Below are positions 1 through 11,780 of a stretch of 64,000 bases of DNA, in pieces. How positions within the stretch are numbered: the stretch's first letter is position 1; each line of letters begins with the position of its first letter. Under the pieces are notes generated by a model. That model had not been told where the DNA came from. It made no database searches and worked only from the letters and a program-made list of their open reading frames with translations. The DNA comes from Auanema rhodensis (Eukaryota > Animalia > Nematoda): positions 21,142,001 through 21,206,000 of the forward strand of contig OZ059896.1 in the NCBI GenBank assembly GCA_964057225.1, in the 5' to 3' direction. Both the position numbers and the translations under genes were made by a program.

Positions 1-131
1 ACAAAAATTTTTTCAAAAAATTTCAGAATAATTTAGCAAAAAGTAGATGTTTTTAGATTCCATTTTTCAAGGCAAAGACGATGGACATTGTTATTCAACG
101 AAAAAATTAATTCTTCAGGGTGAAAATCGAG

Positions 132-153
132 GATATAAGTGTGAACTTATATC
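132..153. repeat. Intra-monomer inverted repeat A: perfect 9-bp stem, 4-nt loop, in essentially every monomer
   Basis: GATATAAGT (132-140), GTGA, ACTTATATC (145-153); the arms are exact reverse complements. Confidence 0.95.
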
Positions 154-170
154 AGTTGATATCTCGGTGC

Positions 171-221
171 ATTTTTAAGCTAGCGCAAATCTGATAACAC
201 AGATCGACGCAGCTTAAAAAT
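171..221. repeat. Intra-monomer inverted repeat B: 51-bp imperfect hairpin (11+3+5 bp of pairing)
   Basis: ATTTTTAAGCT (171-181) pairs with AGCTTAAAAAT (211-221); bulged A182; GCG (183-185) with CGC (208-210); 3x3 internal loop; ATCTG (189-193) with CAGAT (200-204); 6-nt loop ATAACA. Confidence 0.93.
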
Positions 222-304
222 CCGCATCGAATGCACTATACTACATTGAGAAACGCTTGATACAAAAATTAGTTATGATCGTTTGAAAAATGATGCATTA
301 GTGT

Positions 305-332
305 ATGTTGAGTTTCCATGTACACTCAACAT
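305..332. repeat. Intra-monomer inverted repeat C: perfect 9-bp stem, 10-nt loop
   Basis: ATGTTGAGT (305-313), TTCCATGTAC, ACTCAACAT (324-332). Confidence 0.95.
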
Positions 333-691
333 TGCTTCCAAAAACATTTTGACAAAATTTTTTTCGAAAAATTTCAAAATAATTTAGCAAAAATTAGATG
401 TTTTTAGATTCCTTTTTTTAAGGCAAAGACGATGGACAATGTTATTCAACGAAAAAATTAATTCTTCAGGGTGAAAATCGAGGATATAAGTGTGAACTTA
501 TATCAGTTGATATCTCGGTGCATTTTTAAGCTAGCGCAAATCTGATAACACAGATCGACGCAGCTTAAAAATCCGCATCGGATGCACTATACTACATTGA
601 GAAACGCTTAATACAAAAATTAGTTATGATCGTTTGAAAAATGATGCATTAGTGTATGTTGAGTTTCCATGTACACTCAACATTGCTTCCA

Positions 692-722
692 AAAACATTT
701 TGACAAAAATTTTTTCGAAAAA
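692..722. repeat. A/T-tract dyad cluster across the arbitrary monomer junction (example at M2/M3)
   Basis: AAAACATTTT-GACA-AAAATTTTTT (9 of 10 paired) overlaps the perfect 12-bp palindrome TTTTTCGAAAAA. Confidence 0.8.
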
Positions 723-1053
723 TTTCAAAATAATTTAGCAAAAAGTAGATGTTTTTAGATTCCATTTTTCAAGGCAAAGACGATAGACAATGTTATTCAA
801 CGAAAAAATTAATTCTTCAGGGTGAAAATCGAGGATATAAGTGTGAACTTATATCAGTTGATATCTCGGTGCATTTTCAAGCTAGCGCAAATCTGATAAC
901 ACAGATCGACGCAGCTTAAAAATCCGCATCGAATGCACTATACTACATTGAGAAACGCTTGATACAAAAATTAGTTATGATCGTTTGAAAAATGATGCAT
1001 TAGTGTATGTTGAGTTTCCATGTACACTCAACATTGCTTCCAAAAACATTTTG

Positions 1054-2457
1054 ACAAAATTTTTTTCGAAAAATTTCAAAATAATTTAGCAAAAAGTAGA
1101 TGTTTTTAGATTCCATTTTTCAAGGCAAAGACGATAGACAATGTTATTCAACGAAAAAATTAATTCTTCAGGGTGAAAATCGAGGATATAAGTGTGAACT
1201 TATATCAGTTGATATCTCGGTGCATTTTCAAGCTAGCGCAAATCTGATAACACAGATCGACGCAGCTTAAAAATCCGCATCGAATGCACTATACTACATT
1301 GAGAAACGCTTGATACAAAAATTAGTTATGATCGTTTGAAAAATGATGCATTAGTGTATGTTGAGTTTCCATGTACACTCAACATTGCTTCCAAAAACAT
1401 TTTGACAAAATTTTTTTCGAAAAATTTCAAAATAATTTAGCAAAAATTAGATGTTTTTAGATTCCTTTTTTTAAGGCAAAGACGATGGACAATGTTATTC
1501 AACGAAAAAATTAATTCTTCAGGGTGAAAATCGAGGATATAAGTGTGAACTTATATCAGTTGATATCTCGGTGCATTTTTAAGCTAGCGCAAATCTGATA
1601 ACACAGATCGACGCAGCTTAAAAATCCGCAACGAATGCACTATACTACATTGAGAAACGCTTAATACAAAAATTAGTTATGATCGTTTGAAAAATGATGC
1701 ATTAGTGTATGTTGAGTTTCCATGTACACTCAACATTGCTTCCAAAAACATTTTGACAAAATTTTTTTCGAAAAATTTCAAAATAATTTAGCAAAAAGTA
1801 GATGTTTTTAGATTCCATTTTTCAAGGCAAAGACGATAGACAATGTTATTCAACGAAAAAATTAATTCTTCAGGGTGAAAATCGAGGATATAAGTGTGAA
1901 CTTATATCAGTTGATATCTCGGTGCATTTTCAAGCTAGCGCAAATCTGATAACACAGATCGACGCAGCTTAAAAATCCGCATCGAATGCACTATACTACA
2001 TTGAGAAACGCTTGATACAAAAATTAGTTATGATCGTTTGAAAAATGATGCATTAGTGTATGTTGAGTTTCCATGTACACTCAACATTGCTTCCAAAAAC
2101 ATTTTGACAAAATTTTTTTCGAAAAATTTCAAAATAATTTAGCAAAAATTAGATGTTTTTAGATTCCTTTTTTTAAGGCAAAGACGATGGACAATGTTAT
2201 TCAACGAAAAAATTAATTCTTCAGGGTGAAAATCGAGGATATAAGTGTGAACTTATATCAGTTGATATCTCGGTGCATTTTTAAGCTAGCGCAAATCTGA
2301 TAACACAGATCGACGCAGCTTAAAAATCCGCAACGAATGCACTATACTACATTGAGAAACGCTTAATACAAAAATTAGTTATGATCGTTTGAAAAATGAT
2401 GCATTAGTGTATGTTGAGTTTCCATGTACACTCAACATTGCTTCCAAAAACATTTTG
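1054..2457. repeat. Local dimeric HOR (702 bp x 2): M4-M5 = M6-M7
   Basis: Haplotype [GATAGAC, TTTTCAAGCT] alternates with [AAATTAGATG, CCTTTTTTTAAGG, GCAACGAA]. Confidence 0.85.
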
Positions 2458-2529
2458 ACAAAAATTTTTTCAAAAATTTCAAAATAATTTAGCAAAAAGT
2501 AGATGTTTTTAGATTCCATTTTTCAAGGC

Positions 2530-4640
2530 AAAGACGATGGACAATGTTTTTCAACAAAAAAATCAATTCTTCAGGGTGAAAATCGAGGATATAAGTGTGA
2601 ACTTATATCAGTTGATATCTCGGTGCATTTTTAAGCTAGCGCAAATCTGATAACACAGATCGACGCAGCTTAAAAATCCGCATCGAATGCACTATACTAC
2701 ATTGAGAAACGCTTGATACAAAAATTAGTTATGATCGTTTGAAAAATGATGCATTAGTGTATGTTGAGTTTCCATGTACACTCAACATTGCTTCCAAAAA
2801 CATTTTGACAAAAATTTTTTCGAAAAATTTCAAAATAATTTAGCAAAAAGTAGATGTTTTTAGATTCCATTTTTCAAGGCAAAGACGATAGACAATGTTA
2901 TTCAACGAAAAAATTAATTCTTCAGGGTGAAAATCGAGGATATAAGTGTGAACTTATATCAGTTGATATCTCGGTGCATTTTCAAGCTAGCGCAAATCTG
3001 ATAACACAGATCGACGCAGCTTAAAAATCCGCATCGAATGCACTATACTACATTGAGAAACGCTTGATACAAAAATTAGTTATGATCGTTTGAAAAATGA
3101 TGCATTAGTGTATGTTGAGTTTCCATGTACACTCAACATTGCTTCCAAAAACATTTTGACAAAAATTTTTTCGAAAAATTTCAAAATAATTTAGCAAAAA
3201 GTAGATGTTTTTAGATTCCTTTTTTCAAGGCAAAGACGATGGACAATGTTATTCAACGAAAAAATTAATTCTTCAGGGTGAAAATCGAGGATATAAGTGT
3301 GAACTTATATCAGTTGATATCTCGGTGCATTTTTAAGCTAGCGCAAATCTGATAACACTGATCGACGCAGCTTAAAAATCCGCATCGAATGCACTATACT
3401 ACATTGAGAAACGCTTAATACAAAAATTAGTTATGATCGTTTGAAAAATGATGCATTAGTGTATGTTGAGTTTCCATGTACACTCAACATTGCTTCCAAA
3501 AACATTTTGACAAAAATTTTTTCGAAAAATTTCAAAATAATTTAGCAAAACGTAGTTGTTTTTAGATTCCATTTTTCAAGGCAAAGACGATGGACAATGT
3601 TTTTCAACAAAAAAATCAATTCTTCAGGGTGAAAATCGAGGATATAAGTGTGAACTTATATCAGTTGATATCTCGGTGCATTTTTAAGCTAGCGCAAATC
3701 TGATAACACAGATCGACGCAGCTTAAAAATCCGCATCGAATGCACTATACTACATTGAGAAACGCTTGATACAAAAATTAGTTATGATCGTTTGAAAAAT
3801 GATGCATTAGTGTATGTTGAGTTTCCATGTACACTCAACATTGCTTCCAAAAACATTTTGACAAAAATTTTTTCGAAAAATTTCAAAATAATTTAGCAAA
3901 AAGTAGATGTTTTTAGATTCCATTTTTCAAGGCAAAGACGATAGACAATGTTATTCAACGAAAAAATTAATTCTTCAGGGTGAAAATCGAGGATATAAGT
4001 GTGAACTTATATCAGTTGATATCTCGGTGCATTTTCAAGCTAGCGCAAATCTGATAACACAGATCGACGCAGCTTAAAAATCCGCATCGAATGCACTATA
4101 CTACATTGAGAAACGCTTGATACAAAAATTAGTTATGATCGTTTGAAAAATGATGCATTAGTGTATGTTGAGTTTCCATGTACACTCAACATTGCTTCCA
4201 AAAACATTTTGACAAAAATTTTTTCGAAAAATTTCAAAATAATTTAGCAAAAAGTAGATGTTTTTAGATTCCTTTTTTCAAGGCAAAGACGATGGACAAT
4301 GTTATTCAACGAAAAAATTAATTCTTCAGGGTGAAAATCGAGGATATAAGTGTGAACTTATATCAGTTGATATCTCGGTGCATTTTTAAGCTAGCGCAAA
4401 TCTGATAACACTGATCGACGCAGCTTAAAAATCCGCATCGAATGCACTATACTACATTGAGAAACGCTTAATACAAAAATTAGTTATGATCGTTTGAAAA
4501 ATGATGCATTAGTGTATGTTGAGTTTCCATGTACACTCAACATTGCTTCCAAAAACATTTTGACAAAAATTTTTTCGAAAAATTTCAAAATAATTTAGCA
4601 AAACGTAGTTGTTTTTAGATTCCATTTTTCAAGGCAAAGA
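2530..4640. repeat. Local trimeric HOR (1053 bp x 2), about M8-M14
   Basis: The rare haplotype TGTTTTTCAACAAAAAAATCAATT occurs in M8 and M11; M9 = M12, M10 = M13. Confidence 0.85.
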
Positions 4641-5966
4641 CGATGGACAATGTTATTCAACGAAAAAATTAATTCTTCAGGGTGAAAATCGAGGATATAA
4701 GTGTGAACTTATATCAGTTGATATCTCGGTGCATTTTTAAGCTAGCGCAAATCTGATAACACTGATCGACGCAGCTTAAAAAGCCGCATCGAATGCACTA
4801 TACTACATTGAGAAACGCTTCATACAAAAATTAGTTATGATCGTTTGAAAAATGATGCATTAGTGTATGTTGAGTTTCCATGTACACTCAACATTGCTTC
4901 CAAAAAGATTTTGACAAAAATTTTTTCGAAAAATTTCAAAATAATTTAGCAAAACGTAGTTGTTTTTAGATTCCATTTTTCAAGGCAAAGACGATGGACA
5001 ATGTTATTCAACGAAAAAATTAATTCTTCAGGGTGAAAATCGAGGATATAAGTGTGAACTTATATCAGTTGATATCTCGGTGCATTTTTAAGCTAGCGCA
5101 AATCTGATAACACTGATCGACGCAGCTTAAAAAGCCGCATCGAATGCACTATACTACATTGAGAAACGCTTCATACAAAAATTAGTTATGATCGTTTGAA
5201 AAATGATGCATTAGTGTATGTTGAGTTTCCATGTACACTCAACATTGCTTCCAAAAAGATTTTGACAAAAATTTTTTCGAAAAATTTCAGAATAATTTAG
5301 CAAAACGTAGTTGTTTTTAGATTCCATTTTTCAAGGCAAAGACGATGGACAATGTTATTCAACGAAAAAATTAATTCTTCAGGGTGAAAATCGAGGATAT
5401 AAGTGTGAACTTATATCAGTTGATATCTCGGTGCATTTTTAAGCTAGCGCAAATCTGATAACACTGATCGACGCAGCTTAAAAATCCGCATCGAATGCAC
5501 TATACTACATTGAGAAACGCTTGATACAAAAATTAGTTATGATCGTTTGAAAAATGATGCATTAGTGTATGTTGAGTTTCCATGTACACTCAACATTGCT
5601 TCCAAAAACATTTTGACAAAAATTTTTTCGAAAAATTTCAAAATAATTTAGCAAAACGTAGTTGTTTTTAGATTCCATTTTTCAAGGCAAAGACGATGGA
5701 CAATGTTATTCAACGAAAAAATTAATTCTTCAGGGTGAAAATCGAGGATATAAGTGTGAACTTATATCAGTTGATATCTCGGTGCATTTTTAAGCTAGCG
5801 CAAATCTGATAACACTGATCGACGCAGCTTAAAAATCCGCATCGAATGCACTATACTACATTGAGAAACGCTTAATACAAAAATTAGTTATGATCGTTTG
5901 AAAAATGATGCATTAGTGTATGTTGAGTTTCCATGTACACTCAACATTGCTTCCAAAAACATTTTG

Positions 5967-8900
5967 ACAAAAATTTTTTCGAAAAATTTCAAAATAATTT
6001 AGCAAAAAGTAGATGTTTTTAGATTCCATTTTTCAAGGCAAAGACGATGGACAATGTTATTCAACGAAAAAATTAATTCTTCAGGGTGAAAATCGAGGAT
6101 ATAAGTGTGAACTTATATCAGTTGATATCTCGGTGCATTTTTAAGCTAGCGCAAATCTGATAACACTGATCGACGCAGCTTAAAAAGCCGCATCGAATGC
6201 ACTATACTACATTGAGAAACGCTTAATACAAAAATTAGTTATGATCGTTTGAAAAATGATGCATTAGTGTATGTTGAGTTTCCATGTACACTCAACATTG
6301 CTTCCAAAAACATTTTGACAAAAATTTTTTCGAAAAATTTCAAAATAATTTAGCAAAAAGTAGATGTTTTTAGATTCCTTTTTTCAAGGCAAAGACGATG
6401 GACAATGTTATTCAACGAAAAAATTATTCTTCAGGGTGAAAATCGAGGATATAAGTGTGAACTTATATCAGTTGATATCTCGGTGCATTTTTAAGCTAGC
6501 GCAAATCTGATAACACAGATCGACGCAGCATAAAAATCCGGATCGAATGCACTATACTACATTGAGAAACGCTCAATACAAAAATTAGTTATGATCGTTT
6601 GAAAAATGATGCATTAGTGTATGTTGAGTTTCCATGTACACTCAACATTGCTTCCAAAAACATTTTGACAAAAATTTTTTCGAAAAATTTCAAAATAATT
6701 TAGCAAAAAGTAGATGTTTTTAGATTCCTTTTTTCAAGGCAAAGACGATGGACAATGTTATTCAACGAAAAAATTAATTCTTCAGGGTGAAAATCGAGGA
6801 TATAAGTGTGAACTTATATCAGTTGATATCTCGGTGCATTTTTAAGCTAGCGCAAATCTGATAACACAGATCGACGCAGCATAAAAATCCGGATCGAATG
6901 CACTATACTACATTGAGAAACGCTCAATACAAAAATTAGTTATGATCGTTTGAAAAATGATGCATTAGTGTATGTTGAGTTTCCATGTACACTCAACATT
7001 GCTTCCAAAAACATTTTGACAAAAATTTTTTCGAAAAATTTCAAAATAATTTAGCAAAACGTAGTTGTTTTTAGATTCCATTTTTCAAGGCAAAGACGAT
7101 GGACAACGTTATTCAACGAAAAAATTAATTCTTCAGGGTGAAAATCGAGGATATAAGTGTGAACTTATATCAGTTGATATCTCGGTGCATTTTTAAGCTA
7201 GCGCAAATCTGATAACACTGATCGACGCAGCTTAAAAATCCGCATCGAATGCACTATACTACATTGAGAAACGCTTAATACAAAAATTAGTTATGATCGT
7301 TTGAAAAATGATGCATTAGTGTATGTTGAGTTTCCATGTACACTCAACATTGCTTCCAAAAACATTTTGACAAAAATTTTTTCGAAAAATTTCAAAATAA
7401 TTTAGCAAAAAGTAGATGTTTTTAGATTCCTTTTTTCAAGGCAAAGACGATGGACAATGTTATTCAACGAAAAAATTAATTCTTCAGGGTGAAAATCGAG
7501 GATATAAGTGTGAACTTATATCAGTTGATATCTCGGTGCATTTTTAAGCTAGCGCAAATCTGATAACACAGATCGACGCAGCATAAAAATCCGGATCGAA
7601 TGCACTATACTACATTGAGAAACGCTCAATACAAAAATTAGTTATGATCGTTTGAAAAATGATGCATTAGTGTATGTTGAGTTTCCATGTACACTCAACA
7701 TTGCTTCCAAAAACATTTTGACAAAAATTTTTTCGAAAAATTTCAAAATAATTTAGCAAAACGTAGTTGTTTTTAGATTCCATTTTTCAAGGCAAAGACG
7801 ATGGACAATGTTATTCAACGAAAAAATTAATTCTTCAGGGTGAAAATCGAGGATATAAGTGTGAACTTATATCAGTTGATATCTCGGTGCATTTTTAAGC
7901 TAGCGCAAATCTGATAACACTGATCGACGCAGCTTAAAAATCCGCATCGAATGCACTATACTACATTGAGAAACGCTTAATACAAAAATTAGTTATGATC
8001 GTTTGAAAAATGATGCATTAGTGTATGTTGAGTTTCCATGTACACTCAACATTGCTTCCAAAAACATTTTGACAAAAATTTTTTCGAAAAATTTCAAAAT
8101 AATTTAGCAAAAAGTAGATGTTTTTAGATTCCTTTTTTCAAGGCAAAGACGATGGACAATGTTATTCAACGAAAAAATTAATTCTTCAGGGTGAAAATCG
8201 AGGATATAAGTGTGAACTTATATCAGTTGATATCTCGGTGCATTTTTAAGCTAGCGCAAATCTGATAACACAGATCGACGCAGCATAAAAATCCGGATCG
8301 AATGCACTATACTACATTGAGAAACGCTCAATACAAAAATTAGTTATGATCGTTTGAAAAATGATGCATTAGTGTATGTTGAGTTTCCATGTACACTCAA
8401 CATTGCTTCCAAAAACATTTTGACAAAAATTTTTTCGAAAAATTTCAAAATAATTTAGCAAAAAGTAGATGTTTTTAGATTCCTTTTTTTAAGGCAAAGA
8501 CGATGGACAATGTTATTCAACGAAAAAATTAATTCTTCAGGGTGAAAATCGAGGATATAAGTGTGAACTTATATCAGTTGATATCTCGGTGCATTTTTAA
8601 GCTAGCGCAAATCTGATAACACTGATCGACGCAGCTTAAAAATCCGCATCGAATGCACTATACTACATTGAGAAACGCTTAATACAAAAATTAGTTATGA
8701 TCGTTTGAAAAATGATGCATTAGTGTATGTTGAGTTTCCATGTACACTCAACATTGCTTCCAAAAACATTTTGACAAAAATTTTTTCGAAAAATTTCAAA
8801 ATAATTTAGCAAAAAGTAGATGTTTTTAGATTCCATTTTTCAAGGCAAAGACGATGGACAATGTTATTCAACGAAAAAATTAATTCTTCAGGGTGAAAAT

Positions 8901-11780
8901 CGAGGATATAAGTGTGAACTTATATCAGTTGATATCTCGGTGCAATTTTAAGCTAGCGCAAATCTGATAACACAGATCGACGCAACTCAAAAATCCGCAT
9001 CGAATGCACTATACTACAGTGAGAAACGCTTGATACAAAAATTAGTTATGATCGTTTGAAAAATGATGCATTAGTGTATGTTGAGTTTCCATGTACACTC
9101 AACATTGCTTCCAAAAACATTTTGACAAAAATTTTTTCGAAAAATTTCAAAATAATTTAGCAAAAAGTAGATGTTTTTAGATTCCATTTTTCAAGGCAAA
9201 GACGATGGACAATGTTATTCAACGAAAAAATTAATTCTTCAGGGTGAAAATCGAGGATATAAGTGTGAACTTATATCAGTTGATATCTCGGTGCATTTTT
9301 AAGCTAGCGCAAATCTGATAACACTGATCGACGCAGCTTAAAAAGCCGCATCGAATGCACTATACTACATTGAGAAACGCTTAATACAAAAATTAGTTAT
9401 GATCGTTTGAAAAATGATGCATTAGTGTATGTTGAGTTTCCATGTACACTCAACATTGCTTCCAAAAACATTTTGACAAAAATTTTTTCGAAAAATTTCA
9501 AAATAATTTAGCAAAAAGTAGATGTTTTTAGATTCCTTTTTTCAAGGCAAAGACGATGGACAATGTTATTCAACGAAAAAATTATTCTTCAGGGTGAAAA
9601 TCGAGGATATAAGTGTGAACTTATATCAGTTGATATCTCGGTGCATTTTTAAGCTAGCGCAAATCTGATAACACAGATCGACGCAGCATAAAAATCCGGA
9701 TCGAATGCACTATACTACATTGAGAAACGCTCAATACAAAAATTAGTTATGATCGTTTGAAAAATGATGCATTAGTGTATGTTGAGTTTCCATGTACACT
9801 CAACATTGCTTCCAAAAACATTTTGACAAAAATTTTTTCGAAAAATTTCAAAATAATTTAGCAAAAAGTAGATGTTTTTAGATTCCTTTTTTCAAGGCAA
9901 AGACGATGGACAATGTTATTCAACGAAAAAATTAATTCTTCAGGGTGAAAATCGAGGATATAAGTGTGAACTTATATCAGTTGATATCTCGGTGCATTTT
10001 TAAGCTAGCGCAAATCTGATAACACAGATCGACGCAGCATAAAAATCCGGATCGAATGCACTATACTACATTGAGAAACGCTCAATACAAAAATTAGTTA
10101 TGATCGTTTGAAAAATGATGCATTAGTGTATGTTGAGTTTCCATGTACACTCAACATTGCTTCCAAAAACATTTTGACAAAAATTTTTTCGAAAAATTTC
10201 AAAATAATTTAGCAAAACGTAGTTGTTTTTAGATTCCATTTTTCAAGGCAAAGACGATGGACAACGTTATTCAACGAAAAAATTAATTCTTCAGGGTGAA
10301 AATCGAGGATATAAGTGTGAACTTATATCAGTTGATATCTCGGTGCATTTTTAAGCTAGCGCAAATCTGATAACACTGATCGACGCAGCTTAAAAATCCG
10401 CATCGAATGCACTATACTACATTGAGAAACGCTTAATACAAAAATTAGTTATGATCGTTTGAAAAATGATGCATTAGTGTATGTTGAGTTTCCATGTACA
10501 CTCAACATTGCTTCCAAAAACATTTTGACAAAAATTTTTTCGAAAAATTTCAAAATAATTTAGCAAAAAGTAGATGTTTTTAGATTCCTTTTTTCAAGGC
10601 AAAGACGATGGACAATGTTATTCAACGAAAAAATTAATTCTTCAGGGTGAAAATCGAGGATATAAGTGTGAACTTATATCAGTTGATATCTCGGTGCATT
10701 TTTAAGCTAGCGCAAATCTGATAACACAGATCGACGCAGCATAAAAATCCGGATCGAATGCACTATACTACATTGAGAAACGCTCAATACAAAAATTAGT
10801 TATGATCGTTTGAAAAATGATGCATTAGTGTATGTTGAGTTTCCATGTACACTCAACATTGCTTCCAAAAACATTTTGACAAAAATTTTTTCGAAAAATT
10901 TCAAAATAATTTAGCAAAACGTAGTTGTTTTTAGATTCCATTTTTCAAGGCAAAGACGATGGACAATGTTATTCAACGAAAAAATTAATTCTTCAGGGTG
11001 AAAATCGAGGATATAAGTGTGAACTTATATCAGTTGATATCTCGGTGCATTTTTAAGCTAGCGCAAATCTGATAACACTGATCGACGCAGCTTAAAAATC
11101 CGCATCGAATGCACTATACTACATTGAGAAACGCTTAATACAAAAATTAGTTATGATCGTTTGAAAAATGATGCATTAGTGTATGTTGAGTTTCCATGTA
11201 CACTCAACATTGCTTCCAAAAACATTTTGACAAAAATTTTTTCGAAAAATTTCAAAATAATTTAGCAAAAAGTAGATGTTTTTAGATTCCTTTTTTCAAG
11301 GCAAAGACGATGGACAATGTTATTCAACGAAAAAATTAATTCTTCAGGGTGAAAATCGAGGATATAAGTGTGAACTTATATCAGTTGATATCTCGGTGCA
11401 TTTTTAAGCTAGCGCAAATCTGATAACACAGATCGACGCAGCATAAAAATCCGGATCGAATGCACTATACTACATTGAGAAACGCTCAATACAAAAATTA
11501 GTTATGATCGTTTGAAAAATGATGCATTAGTGTATGTTGAGTTTCCATGTACACTCAACATTGCTTCCAAAAACATTTTGACAAAAATTTTTTCGAAAAA
11601 TTTCAAAATAATTTAGCAAAAAGTAGATGTTTTTAGATTCCTTTTTTTAAGGCAAAGACGATGGACAATGTTATTCAACGAAAAAATTAATTCTTCAGGG
11701 TGAAAATCGAGGATATAAGTGTGAACTTATATCAGTTGATATCTCGGTGCATTTTTAAGCTAGCGCAAATCTGATAACAC
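5967..11780. repeat. Duplicated block with 9-monomer offset (3158 bp): M18-M25 vs M27-M34
   Basis: Shared 1-bp deletion AATTATTCT at 6426 and 9584, shared ACAACG (M21, M30), AAAAGCCG (M18, M27) and CCTTTTTTTAAGG (M25, M34). Confidence 0.9.

Larger units (their letters stand above)
1..351. repeat. Representative monomer M1 (arbitrary phase), about 68% AT
   Basis: Hand count gives 111 G+C in 351 bp. Consensus has single sites for EcoRV GATATC (pos 158), NheI GCTAGC (179), NsiI ATGCAT (293), BsrGI TGTACA (319) and BstBI TTCGAA (12; mutated in M1 itself). Confidence 0.97.

Noticed and set aside
132-332. Rho-independent terminators, integron attC sites or bacterial promoters from the hairpins and TATAAT variants
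   Set aside because: There is no gene or cassette context, the stems are AT-rich without a proper U-tract arrangement, and such motifs arise by chance in AT-rich repeats.
1-351. Assignment to Drosophila 1.688 (359-bp family), Tribolium 340-360-bp satellites, alpha satellite or plant CEN repeats
   Set aside because: Only length and AT content are similar. I could not match the sequence from memory and saw no canonical CENP-B box, so a database search is needed.
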